A DNA stretch of 64,000 nt from Candidatus Enterousia sp. (GTDB lineage: Bacteria > Pseudomonadota > Alphaproteobacteria > Rs-D84): assembly GCA_045546075.1 (NCBI GenBank), contig JAZQCF010000017.1, forward strand, positions 10,254-74,253, in the 5' to 3' direction. Under the pieces are notes generated by a model that saw only the letters and a program-made list of their open reading frames with translations, had not been told where the DNA came from and did not search any database. The translations under genes and the position numbers were made by a program. This document shows, one piece after another, positions 28,213-36,509 of the stretch (positions are counted from its first letter, which is position 1; the number at the start of each line of letters is the position of its first letter).

Positions 28213-28237
28213 TGGTTAGTGATTAGTGGTTAGTAAA
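28210..28237 (+). repeat. TAGTGRT heptamer array (4 units) starting with the leuS stop codon
   Basis: TAGTGGT TAGTGAT TAGTGGT TAGTAAA; the first TAG is the leuS stop. Confidence 0.85.
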
Positions 28238-28240
28238 CAA

Positions 28241-28300
28241 CCGCCCGGATGTCACCCGCAAAATTTTTTGATTTTGTGGGACCAGACTTTGGGCGTTTTT
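28241..28300 (+). terminator. compound hairpin element plus T-run (member of a repeated hairpin family)
   Basis: CCGCCCGGATGTCACCCGCAAAATTTTTTGATTTTGTGGGACCAGACTTTGGGCG followed by TTTTT. Close copy at 29479-29532; the inner hairpin is also at 6925-6958. Confidence 0.6.
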
Positions 28301-28318
28301 ATTTTTTTGACAGCATTG

Positions 28319-28347
28319 TTGACAATATATATTTTTTGTGCTATATC
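28319..28347 (+). promoter_or_regulatory. sigma70-like promoter (TTGACA-N17-TATATC)
   Basis: TTGACA at 28319-28324 and TATATC at 28342-28347, upstream of the 28381 ATG. Confidence 0.5.
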
Positions 28348-28380
28348 GTATATATGGTCATAAACAAAAAGGAAATAAAA

Positions 28381-28674
28381 ATGACAGATCAAGAAAAGTA
28401 TTTGGATAATATTGATGAATCGACGAGTACGATAAAGTTTCAAAATCGAGTAAGGATTTTAGGGCTTGTGGCTTTTGGGTATTTGGTTTTGATGGGGTTG
28501 GCGAATAACAATAAAACCTTGCACGAAATCAATAAAAATCTTGCCAAGATTCAAAAAGAACTGGAAAGTCGGGGTTCGTTATCAAATGATACTATCGCGT
28601 ATGAAAAGGCCGCGGCTTTATACGATATGGTGCCACGGGTAAAACCTGTATGCAAGCAAGTTAAAGAGAAATAA
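28381..28674 (+). CDS. small single-pass membrane protein carried on the leuS insert (97 aa)
   Basis: ORF 28249-28674 trimmed to MTDQEKYL... after AAGGAAATAAAA. It has one TM (ILGLVAFGYLVLMGLA) and a coiled-coil-like tail. No family recognised. Confidence 0.5.
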   Translation: MTDQEKYLDNIDESTSTIKFQNRVRILGLVAFGYLVLMGLANNNKTLHEINKNLAKIQKELESRGSLSNDTIAYEKAAALYDMVPRVKPVCKQVKEK

Positions 28675-28676
28675 TC

Positions 28677-28727
28677 AAAACCATTGTCGTGCCGAAAAAA
28701 TTGGTGAATTTTGTTGTAAAGAAATAA
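28677..28727 (+). repeat. duplicated copy of the leuS 3' end (right direct repeat)
   Basis: AAAACCATTGTCGTGCCgAAaAAATTGGTGAATTTTGTTGTAAAGAAATAa compared with 28162-28212. Confidence 0.85.
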
Positions 28728-28755
28728 AAAAAACCGCCCAAATGGGCGGTTTTTT
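28726..28755. terminator. bidirectional Rho-independent terminator
   Basis: AAAAAAAA-CCGCCC-AAAT-GGGCGG-TTTTTT. Confidence 0.8.
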
Positions 28756-28767
28756 AATGTCGTTGTC

Positions 28768-29382
28768 TTATCGGGACATTTGGTTTTGCAGTTTGCGTAT
28801 AATCGTCGCTATTTCCGGGGTGACACGAACACCGGCATCCCATACTTTTTCTGCATCATATTGAACGCGCCGTGCTTCTAAATCTTGCACTTTCTGGCCA
28901 AGTAATTTTCTAAAAGTGTTTCGCGCCGTGGTGGACAATAAATCAACCGTATTCCACAACGGGGTGTCCGGGATGATTTCAATGCCGTTTTCGCATTTTT
29001 TCGCGCCTTCTTTTTCCATTCTGTACATTTCTTGTGCCATTATTTTGGCCTGTTGTTCTGGTTTTGTATCGGTATTCCACAATGGGGTATGCGATGCCAG
29101 TGTCAAAGGTTTTTCACGATAAGACAGGCCATATTTTGTGACAACAAAATTACCAGTGCCCTTGATCGGTGACACAGACATCCAATCCCACGGATCCCAT
29201 TCAAGGTGTGTTTTTAATTCTTTTGAAACTTCTGGTTGCCAACGCCAATCCAAGTTTTCGATTTGTATGCGACCAATTGTTATCACGTTCCAATCGGTGG
29301 CTGCGCGAATAACGCGGTTTGGATAATTCAAGACCAGATTTTGCATTTCTTGTTTGATGTTATATTCATGTGTTTGTGCCAT
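28768..29382 (-). CDS. hypothetical protein (204 aa)
   Basis: ORF trimmed to MAQTHEYNIK... after AAGAGGAAAAAAAC, with its own promoter. It contains an internal duplicated TPLWNT motif. No family recognised. Confidence 0.6.
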   Translation of the reverse strand: MAQTHEYNIKQEMQNLVLNYPNRVIRAATDWNVITIGRIQIENLDWRWQPEVSKELKTHLEWDPWDWMSVSPIKGTGNFVVTKYGLSYREKPLTLASHTPLWNTDTKPEQQAKIMAQEMYRMEKEGAKKCENGIEIIPDTPLWNTVDLLSTTARNTFRKLLGQKVQDLEARRVQYDAEKVWDAGVRVTPEIATIIRKLQNQMSR

Positions 29383-29426
29383 GTTTTTTTCCTCTTGGTT
29401 GACAAAATATATTCTAACACAGGCAA

Positions 29427-29454
29427 AATATAGCAAGAATGTTTTTTTTGTCAA
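29427..29454 (-). promoter_or_regulatory. sigma70-like promoter (TTGACA-N16-TATATT)
   Basis: On the minus strand, TTGACA is at 29449-29454 and TATATT at 29427-29432. Confidence 0.55.
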
Positions 29455-29478
29455 GGATATTGTTGCGAAAATAAAAAA

Positions 29479-29540
29479 CGCCCGAATGTCACCCACAAAA
29501 TTTTTAATTTTGTGGGACCCGACTTGGGGCGGTTATTTTT
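29479..29540 (-). terminator. compound hairpin element (second copy) acting as terminator of 29539-30504
   Basis: CGCCCGAATGTCACCCACAAAATTTTTAATTTTGTGGGACCCGACTTGGGGCGG is flanked by an A-run and a T-run, starting right after the stop codon of the upstream minus-strand gene. Confidence 0.6.
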
Positions 29541-30504
29541 AGATTGCAAGTGCAGGATTTTTATAGCTAAACCAATTTGACACCATTTGTTGCCGCAGTA
29601 TTTCTAATTTTTCTATTTGTTCCGGAATTGATTTAGAATCTTCGCCTATTTTTACCGCGGCAATCGGGTCAAGGCATGCCTGGCGCAACCAGTTTAATTG
29701 TTCTTTTGGGGGTTCTTCTTGGTGGTGTCGTTGGAAATTTTCAGCCGCCCATTTTGCACGTAACGTTTTATTTATATTTATTTGATGCCTTATTGCACAC
29801 ATAATTTTGTGATTTGGGTGCGGAATATGGTCTAAAAAATGTTTTAATTCTGTTGGACCATATGTGGCAGAAATAGCGGTCAGTAATACTTGCTCGCTGG
29901 GATTTTTCATTTTTGGGGATTTTAAAATCTGGATACCGTGTTCCTTGGCTGCGGCCAATTTTACCCTTTCGCACAGTGGGTTTGGTAAATAATTAATCCC
30001 ATCCAGACCATATTTTGTGGTGTGGATGATTTGTTCTTTAATTGTTGGTTTTTTGCGTTTTTTGATAAGTTCGGGACTTTCGGTAGAACAGCGCAACGCC
30101 AATTCCCACTGTTTATTGGTTGGATGCGCAAGGCCTTTTATGGCCTGGCCTGCGGTTGTAAGTGCCGCGGTAATAACTTCATTGGAGGGGTTGTGTAAAA
30201 GCCCCAAATATGACCCATAGGTATCTTGGCGTAATGCGGCTATTTTAACAAAATCTGGGATTTCGTTTTCGGCAAGAATATCAAGAAAGTAAGGAAATAC
30301 GGATGAACCGATATATTTAATGCAAAATAACATAAATTCGGGGGTGCATTCTTCCTTGGAAACCAATCCGTTCCAAAGACGGTAATCATGCCATTCACTC
30401 AATCTGTTAAGGCATAGTAGCCGTCCGCCCATTTTGTACCGCCAATATGCCAAATCATACTTTGGCTCAATCGATTTGCGAATTTCGTGTACAATATAAT
30501 CCAT
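29539..30504 (-). CDS. hypothetical protein (321 aa), alpha-helical repeat-like
   Basis: Long ORF with no signal peptide and no motif I can name with confidence. Confidence 0.6.
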   Translation of the reverse strand: MDYIVHEIRKSIEPKYDLAYWRYKMGGRLLCLNRLSEWHDYRLWNGLVSKEECTPEFMLFCIKYIGSSVFPYFLDILAENEIPDFVKIAALRQDTYGSYLGLLHNPSNEVITAALTTAGQAIKGLAHPTNKQWELALRCSTESPELIKKRKKPTIKEQIIHTTKYGLDGINYLPNPLCERVKLAAAKEHGIQILKSPKMKNPSEQVLLTAISATYGPTELKHFLDHIPHPNHKIMCAIRHQININKTLRAKWAAENFQRHHQEEPPKEQLNWLRQACLDPIAAVKIGEDSKSIPEQIEKLEILRQQMVSNWFSYKNPALAI

Positions 30505-30522
30505 ATCTTGGTTGCCCCAGAA

Positions 30523-30969
30523 TTACGAAATTTTTTCGATTCTGCGGCGGCGTTTTTCGCAATCGTCAAATGGGCTTTCAAGGAAAGCCTGTGCGCACAG
30601 GAACGCCATTTCAATATCTATGTCGTCCGCGCCCAATGCCAAAACATTTATGTCATCATGGAAACGGTCATCGCGTGCCTGGTCCGGTCTATCGCAACGC
30701 GAAGCGCGAATATGACGATAGCGGTTTGCGGCAATTTGGACCCCGGCACCCGTGCCACACACCAATATTCCACGCGTTTCTGGTTCGTCCAACATTGCGT
30801 CCGCCAATGTTTTTGCAACATCCGGGAAATCAACCGGTGTGTTCAAATCATCGGTCCCAAGGTTCACAATATTATACCCCAATGCACTTAACATTTCGGT
30901 TAAATAGAGTTTTAACCCTACCCCACGATGGTCGGCGGCAATAAAAACTTTTTCGATTGATTTATTCAT
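30523..30969 (-). CDS. rpiB: ribose-5-phosphate isomerase B
   Basis: ORF trimmed to MNKSIEKVFIAADHRGVGLK.... RpiB/LacAB family pattern (GILVCGTGAGVQIAANR). Confidence 0.85.
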   Translation of the reverse strand: MNKSIEKVFIAADHRGVGLKLYLTEMLSALGYNIVNLGTDDLNTPVDFPDVAKTLADAMLDEPETRGILVCGTGAGVQIAANRYRHIRASRCDRPDQARDDRFHDDINVLALGADDIDIEMAFLCAQAFLESPFDDCEKRRRRIEKIS

Positions 30970-31315
30970 GTTTTTTGTCCTTGCGTTTTGCCAATTTACA
31001 TTCAAGACCCGTATTGGCGGTTATGTTCAATGTTCGATATGACAATACCCCGGTCATTTGCGCGTGTGAAAACACATTTGCGATTTCAACCGTTGCCGGG
31101 CCGTCCAATGTTCCGTGCAGAAATAAATTGTCGGCAATAATTTTACCCTGGACCGTGCCCCCGCGGCCAATAACAACCGTTTCGGCGACAATATCGCCAA
31201 CAATATGTCCATGAATTTGGACACTGTGGTCGGTTTTTATGTCGCCGGTCAATTTACACCCCGCCCCGATAATTGTTGGGGATGTTTTTTCGTCTGCGTT
31301 TGTAAATGCCAACAT
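30962..31315 (-). CDS. bactofilin-family cytoskeletal protein
   Basis: 117 aa; repetitive beta-helix pattern (IIGAGCKLTGDIKTDHSVQIHGHIVGDI...VVIGRGGTVQGKIIADNLFLHGTLDG) typical of DUF583/bactofilin. Confidence 0.8.
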   Translation of the reverse strand: MLAFTNADEKTSPTIIGAGCKLTGDIKTDHSVQIHGHIVGDIVAETVVIGRGGTVQGKIIADNLFLHGTLDGPATVEIANVFSHAQMTGVLSYRTLNITANTGLECKLAKRKDKKHE

Positions 31316-31328
31316 TTTCCTTTCCTTT

Positions 31329-32606
31329 TTATTCTTTTACGAATTTTTCCGGGTCAAATGGATTTCCCTTGTACCGAATTTCATAGTGCAGGTGCGGACC
31401 CGTCGAACGGCCCGATGAACCACCAAGGCCCACAATCGTTCCCGGTCGCACCCAATCGCCACGCGACACCGTTATTTTAGACAAATGCGCGTACAATGTT
31501 GTAAATCCCAACCCGTGGTCAATTTCAACCGTTGTGCCGTATCCCACGCGTTCGCCCGCAGAAATAACCCGGCCTGGTGCAACTGCCAACAATTCTGTGC
31601 CAATTTTGCCGGCAAAGTCTATACCGCGATGTTGTTTCGGCGCGCCCGTGAACGGGTCGTTGCGTTTACCATACTTAGATGTGATACGAACATTTTTTAT
31701 TGGTGCGCCCATTGGTAGAACACGTCTTAACTTATTAAGGCCGTTCCAAAGCGTGATATCGTCCGCCAATTTTTGATATTTTTCATCCAATTCTTTGTCG
31801 ATTTCCAGCGGATTAAAAGCCGCCCCAACCAGTTGGTTTGAATATTTATTTGCGTTTTTGACCAATTCGGATTCGCCCAATCCCAATGTTGCCAAGGTTC
31901 CGTTTATGCGTTTTAATTCTGCGCGCAATTCGGCGGTTTGTTCGCCCGCCAACTTTGACACCGCGTCAACGATTTTCGTGTCGGTATCTAATATCTTGGA
32001 CACGGTTTCCAGTATTTCAATGTCACGCTTTTTAATTTCGGCGTTTTCGGCACGCGTCAATTCGTATTCTATGGCCAAATCCGATATTTTTGTGTATTCC
32101 GGCGCATAGTCTTCGTCGGTAAACATCTCGGTTATGCGGGTTTTCAAGAAATCCAATTCGCCCCATGTTTTAAGGCGTTCATTTATCAAATCTTCTTTTT
32201 GGGTATCGGTTAATTTTTTATCTTTTAACAGTTTATCATCTATAACATTTATATTCTTGGTCAATTCGTTATATTTCCCAAGGTAATTGCGCAGGTCTAT
32301 CATATGTGTGGCGTATTTTTCGCGCATTTGTTCCAACTGTTGTGTGCGATTTTGTAACATTGGGCGGTGATATACAAACACATATGTTGACCAAGATGCC
32401 CATATAAACAGTCCAACCTTGGCACAGAATTTTGTGAAACGCCAAAAACTGCTCTGGTTAAAAGTGTAAACATTACCGCGCGGTGTGTCCATAACCGTGA
32501 ATTCGCGTGGCGGGAAAATTCGCACAATTACGCGCCATATCGCCCGAAACGGCGATGTGACAAATGCCCACAGTGATGTAAAATATCGTGTTATAAAATT
32601 TATCAT
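31329..32606 (-). CDS. M23-family peptidoglycan metalloendopeptidase with N-terminal TM and coiled coil
   Basis: C-terminal LytM domain: HRGIDFAG...GYGTTVEIDHG...LYAHLS...GRSTGPHLHYEI. Confidence 0.88.
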   Translation of the reverse strand: MINFITRYFTSLWAFVTSPFRAIWRVIVRIFPPREFTVMDTPRGNVYTFNQSSFWRFTKFCAKVGLFIWASWSTYVFVYHRPMLQNRTQQLEQMREKYATHMIDLRNYLGKYNELTKNINVIDDKLLKDKKLTDTQKEDLINERLKTWGELDFLKTRITEMFTDEDYAPEYTKISDLAIEYELTRAENAEIKKRDIEILETVSKILDTDTKIVDAVSKLAGEQTAELRAELKRINGTLATLGLGESELVKNANKYSNQLVGAAFNPLEIDKELDEKYQKLADDITLWNGLNKLRRVLPMGAPIKNVRITSKYGKRNDPFTGAPKQHRGIDFAGKIGTELLAVAPGRVISAGERVGYGTTVEIDHGLGFTTLYAHLSKITVSRGDWVRPGTIVGLGGSSGRSTGPHLHYEIRYKGNPFDPEKFVKE

Positions 32607-32648
32607 AACGCAAACAGCATAATAAAATAATATTGATTAGTCAAGAAA

Positions 32649-33353
32649 TCACAACTTACCATCCTGCCCTAATACGTCTTGGACAGATTTTCCATATCGC
32701 AGGACCATTTCATTATTTATATTGATACCATTAAACAGATTGGTGTGCGGCGCACGTCCAACGCGGGCCGATAATAATACCCGTTCCGCCACATTTTTAT
32801 TACTAAATAATGGAATAATGCGAAAATCGCCACAATGTCGCGCCATTTCACTTATAACCGTTGTGACACGTGCTGAATCAATAATTGTGGCGAACATTCC
32901 GCCCGGCTTGACCCGCGCAATGCATTTTTTTGCCCATTGTGTTAAATCGGCATTATGGTGCGCGTTATGCGTGGCCGGCGTGCCATTAAAGTAAGGCGGG
33001 TTGGTGATTACCAAATCAAATGTGCGCCCTGTGCGCCAAGACATAATATCGGTATTTATAAATTCACCCGTTTGATTATTTAATGCAAAATTTTCCTGTG
33101 CGGCATTTAACATATCGGGTGATATATCGATGGCGGTCATTTCTATGCCCGGGATACGCGCCATTAAACACAGTGCAACCGCGCCAGAACCCGTCCCCAC
33201 GTCTAAAACGCTTTTGGGCTTGTCATCAATAAATGCCGCCAACCATACCGCGTCGCATGTAGGATTATAGATTCCACGGTGCATTTTTACGGCACCACCC
33301 ATGATAGTAAAAATGTCTTGTTTTTCGGTCACGCCTGTATAATAATCCATCAA
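32649..33353 (-). CDS. SAM-dependent N6-adenine methyltransferase, TrmN6/YfiC-like
   Basis: SAM motif VLDVGTGSGAVAL and catalytic NPPY (VITNPPYF). Confidence 0.75.
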   Translation of the reverse strand: MMDYYTGVTEKQDIFTIMGGAVKMHRGIYNPTCDAVWLAAFIDDKPKSVLDVGTGSGAVALCLMARIPGIEMTAIDISPDMLNAAQENFALNNQTGEFINTDIMSWRTGRTFDLVITNPPYFNGTPATHNAHHNADLTQWAKKCIARVKPGGMFATIIDSARVTTVISEMARHCGDFRIIPLFSNKNVAERVLLSARVGRAPHTNLFNGININNEMVLRYGKSVQDVLGQDGKL

Positions 33354-33371
33354 AAGTAAAAGGCAAGTTAT

Positions 33372-34391
33372 ATGTTTGACGAAAGTTTAATCGTGGCAAG
33401 TGCCGTTAGTGCGTTTAATAATGCCGCCGTTGCGGGGCCTGCGTTTTTATGGAATGCGGTTTTGGCATCGCCATTGTTTGTTGCAATATATGTGTTTGGT
33501 CGCAGATTTTTGGATTCAACCGGTGTGCGCCCGTATGTGACGGGACCGCGCATAATGTTCTGGACGGTTGTCTTTACGGCCCTGTGGGTTGTGTTGATGG
33601 GTGGAAATTACGGTGTGTTGCGTGATAGCGTGTCTTTGTTGCCATTTGTTACGGCCGCGGTTTTATTTGTTGCATCCATTTTTGTTGGTATAAACACACG
33701 CGCGATTAAATTGCCAATATGGTACGGGCGGCGCGATGTGTCAAATCGCCGGCGGTGGTGGATAAATATTGTGATATTTGCGATTGCGATGGCCCCTGTC
33801 GGTTTAAGTGACACATTAAATTGGTGGGGACCGATATTACAGATTGGTGTTGTTCTGTTGGGCGGAATAATTGGTCGTCGTTCAGGACGGCAAATGCGTG
33901 CCACGGGTTGTACTGTCGCGGTTATTTTGATGACCACCATTGGTATTTTGATGCAGCCTGAATTATGGCGTTTTGGCCAGTTGGGAAATTTGACACCGGC
34001 ACACCTTATATGGGTGTTGGGGGTTGGCGTGTTGTCGGCGGCGGCGTTTGCGTTGGATGTGGTAAATCCACGTGGTCGTATTCATCAAAGTGCCTATGTT
34101 AAATTAAAGTGGCTGATGCGCTTTGCAACTGCGTTGTGTATGATTTTGTTCTTGCTGACCGAAGCGGTGCCGATTTTCATTGCGGCGGTTGTTATGGCAT
34201 TTATATTGTTTGCGATGTCCGTGTGGCACAGTGAATCATTACCGAACGGATTGGCGAATCGCGCATTGGCGTTGAATATTATCGCATTTGGGGTTTTAAC
34301 CGGGTTGGTTGCGGTAACTGCGATGGGTGTGCTGTGGTATGCGACGCTGCGTGATGATGCAACGCGTGGTGCGTATGGATTCTTGTTATAA
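33372..34391 (+). CDS. polytopic inner-membrane protein (hypothetical)
   Basis: 339-aa ORF with about nine hydrophobic segments; no family recognised. Confidence 0.65.
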   Translation: MFDESLIVASAVSAFNNAAVAGPAFLWNAVLASPLFVAIYVFGRRFLDSTGVRPYVTGPRIMFWTVVFTALWVVLMGGNYGVLRDSVSLLPFVTAAVLFVASIFVGINTRAIKLPIWYGRRDVSNRRRWWINIVIFAIAMAPVGLSDTLNWWGPILQIGVVLLGGIIGRRSGRQMRATGCTVAVILMTTIGILMQPELWRFGQLGNLTPAHLIWVLGVGVLSAAAFALDVVNPRGRIHQSAYVKLKWLMRFATALCMILFLLTEAVPIFIAAVVMAFILFAMSVWHSESLPNGLANRALALNIIAFGVLTGLVAVTAMGVLWYATLRDDATRGAYGFLL

Positions 34392-34478
34392 TTCGTTATA
34401 TTTATTGAATATAAATGTGCGTGTGCGTAATGTAGTATTTAGATTAAGAAAATAACCAGAAATTCAGGTGATTGGCTT

Positions 34479-35279
34479 ATGACAAATATACATCCAACCG
34501 CAATTATTCGCGAAGGCGCCGTTATTGGTGCAGACTGTAAAATTGGTCCATATTGTATCGTGGGCCCTAATGTTGTTTTGGGGGAACGTGTAGAATTGGT
34601 GTCGCACGTTGTTATTGATGGCAAAACATCCATTGGCGATGATTCTATTGTGTATCCATTTGCCGTTCTGGGCGTGATGAGCCAGGATTTGAAATGGCAA
34701 GACGAATCCACTATGACCGGACTGCGCATTGGAAAACGTTGTCGTATTCGTGAATATGTAACAATTCATTCGGGAACACCCGCATCGGATGGAACGGTGA
34801 TTGGTGACGATTGCCAGATTATGGTGAACGCCCACGTGGGGCACGATTGCAAGATTGGAAACAGCGTGGTTATGTCTAACCTGGTCCAGGTTGCCGGTCA
34901 TGTAGAGATTGAAGACTTTGCGATTTTGTCGGGTGATGTTATGGTTTTACAATTTGCACGTATTGGACGTAATGCGTTTGTTGGTGGAATGTCGGGTGTG
35001 GGTAATGACATTTTACCGTACGCGATATATGATGGTGCACGTGCAACATATCGAACGATAAATCGTGTTGGTTTGATGCGACACGGTTTCACCAACGAAG
35101 ATATGCACGCGATTCATTCGGTATATAATGCGGTGTTTCGTGAAACGGGCGGAACGGTGGCGGAACGCCTGGCCCGCATCCGGCGCGAGGTTAAAAATAA
35201 TAAATATGCAATGGATGCGATAGACTTTATTGAAAACCGTTCAAAGCGCGGCATTGGGACATCGGGTAATGCGGAATAA
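34479..35279 (+). CDS. lpxA: acyl-ACP--UDP-N-acetylglucosamine O-acyltransferase
   Basis: Hexapeptide-repeat left-handed beta-helix (IHPTAIIREGAVIGADCKIGPYCIVGPNVVLG...) plus the LpxA C-terminal helical domain. Followed by lpxB. Confidence 0.92.
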   Translation: MTNIHPTAIIREGAVIGADCKIGPYCIVGPNVVLGERVELVSHVVIDGKTSIGDDSIVYPFAVLGVMSQDLKWQDESTMTGLRIGKRCRIREYVTIHSGTPASDGTVIGDDCQIMVNAHVGHDCKIGNSVVMSNLVQVAGHVEIEDFAILSGDVMVLQFARIGRNAFVGGMSGVGNDILPYAIYDGARATYRTINRVGLMRHGFTNEDMHAIHSVYNAVFRETGGTVAERLARIRREVKNNKYAMDAIDFIENRSKRGIGTSGNAE

Positions 35280-36405
35280 AAAAATCAAGATTTTCATTAT
35301 TGCAGGCGAGGTTTCCGGTGATGCGCTTGCGTCGCGCGTGATGCAGCGGATGCCGAACGCGGAATTTGTTGGCATTGGCGGGGCCGCCATGACGAAATGC
35401 GGATTAAAGTCTTTATTTCCAATGGCCGATTTGTCGGTTATGGGCATTACCGAGGTTTTATCCCATGCCCGCACACTGTCGCGGCGCATACGTCAAACGG
35501 TTAATGCGATTATTGATGCGCGCCCCGATTTGGTTTTGACGGTTGATTCGCCGGGCTTTGCGCGTTCGGTAATCAAGAAACTGCGTGCGTCAAATACGGG
35601 CAAAAAAATGATTGCGGCGGGATTGCGCTTTCATCACATTGTTGCGCCCCAGGTTTGGGCGTGGCGACCGGGTCGTGCCAAGAAATATGCGCGCACGTTT
35701 GATAAACTGTATGCGTTTTTTGATTTCGAAGTGCCCTATTTCACCAAATATGGTTTGGACACCATTGCCGTTGGACACCCGATTGCCGAAAATATTATGG
35801 ATTTACCACCGGCCCCCAAGCCGAAGGACAAGATTATAACCCTGGTCCCCGGCAGTCGTATAAGCGAAGTTAAAAAATTACTGCCCGTGTTTCGGCGTTT
35901 TGTTGGAACAATAAATTCGTGTGGATATATGGGGTATAAATTTGCGATACCAACCGTTGAAACAACCGATGAATATATCCGCCGGGAAATCCAGGATTGG
36001 GCGGTAAAACCGGAACTGGTTGCCGCGGATGCGCGATATGAATTATATCAAAAAACCTATGTTGCCGTGGTGGCAAGTGGCACCGTGTCGGCGGAATTGG
36101 CGATGATGCATATTCCGGCGATTGTTGCGTATAAGATGAATCGAATTACAACACTGATTGGACATTTATTAATAAATGTTAAATGGGTATCGTTGGTAAA
36201 TATTTTATTAAATCGCACGGTTTATCCCGAATTTTTGGGTGCGGATGCGACCGCCGAAAATATTATAAATGAATTTGATTCAATAATTTTGCCGGCAAAT
36301 CGTAACAAGATGATTGCGGAATTGCACGCGGCGGACAATATGTGGGTTCGCCCGACCGGTGTGGCCAGTCAAATTATCGCAGATGATATATTAAAAAGTG
36401 TTTAG
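35269..36405 (+). CDS. lpxB: lipid-A-disaccharide synthase
   Basis: ORF trimmed to MRNKKIKIFIIAGEVSGDALAS..., the canonical LpxB N-terminus. Its ATG overlaps the lpxA stop region (ATGCGGAATAA). Confidence 0.9.
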   Translation: MRNKKIKIFIIAGEVSGDALASRVMQRMPNAEFVGIGGAAMTKCGLKSLFPMADLSVMGITEVLSHARTLSRRIRQTVNAIIDARPDLVLTVDSPGFARSVIKKLRASNTGKKMIAAGLRFHHIVAPQVWAWRPGRAKKYARTFDKLYAFFDFEVPYFTKYGLDTIAVGHPIAENIMDLPPAPKPKDKIITLVPGSRISEVKKLLPVFRRFVGTINSCGYMGYKFAIPTVETTDEYIRREIQDWAVKPELVAADARYELYQKTYVAVVASGTVSAELAMMHIPAIVAYKMNRITTLIGHLLINVKWVSLVNILLNRTVYPEFLGADATAENIINEFDSIILPANRNKMIAELHAADNMWVRPTGVASQIIADDILKSV

Positions 36406-36483
36406 TGGTTAGTCCGTCACGACCGCGGCGCGGCGTGCCGCGACGGGTGTTAGTGGTAGTGGTTAGTGTTTAGTGGCTAGTAA
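36403..36483 (+). repeat. TAGTGRT heptamer arrays (2 + 5 units) starting with the lpxB stop codon, interrupted by a GC-rich hairpin
   Basis: TAGTGGT TAGTCCG - CCGTCACGACCGCGGCGCGGCGTGCCGCGACGG - TTAGTGG TAGTGG TTAGTGT TTAGTGG CTAGTAA. Confidence 0.85.
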
Positions 36484-36509
36484 AACGCGGGGCAACACCC
36501 CGTGTTTTT
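36482..36509. terminator. bidirectional Rho-independent terminator
   Basis: AAAA-CGCGGGG-CAACA-CCCCGTG-TTTTT between lpxB (+) and the convergent 892-aa gene (-). Confidence 0.7.

Larger units (their letters stand above)
28213..28676 (+). mobile_element. 464-bp insertion in the leuS 3' end, flanked by 51-bp direct repeats (no recombinase gene)
   Basis: 28162-28212 and 28677-28727 match at 48 of 51 nt, and both encode ...KTIVVPKKLVNFVVKK*. The ancestral-looking terminator follows the second copy. Confidence 0.55.

Noticed and set aside
28210-28237. Heptamer arrays as CRISPR arrays or as telomere-like (TTAGGG-type) repeats
   Set aside because: The period is 7 nt with no spacers, so this is not a CRISPR array. 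The unit is TTAGTGR rather than TTAGGG, the arrays are internal, only 3-6 units long, and tied to gene 3' ends, so they are not chromosome ends.
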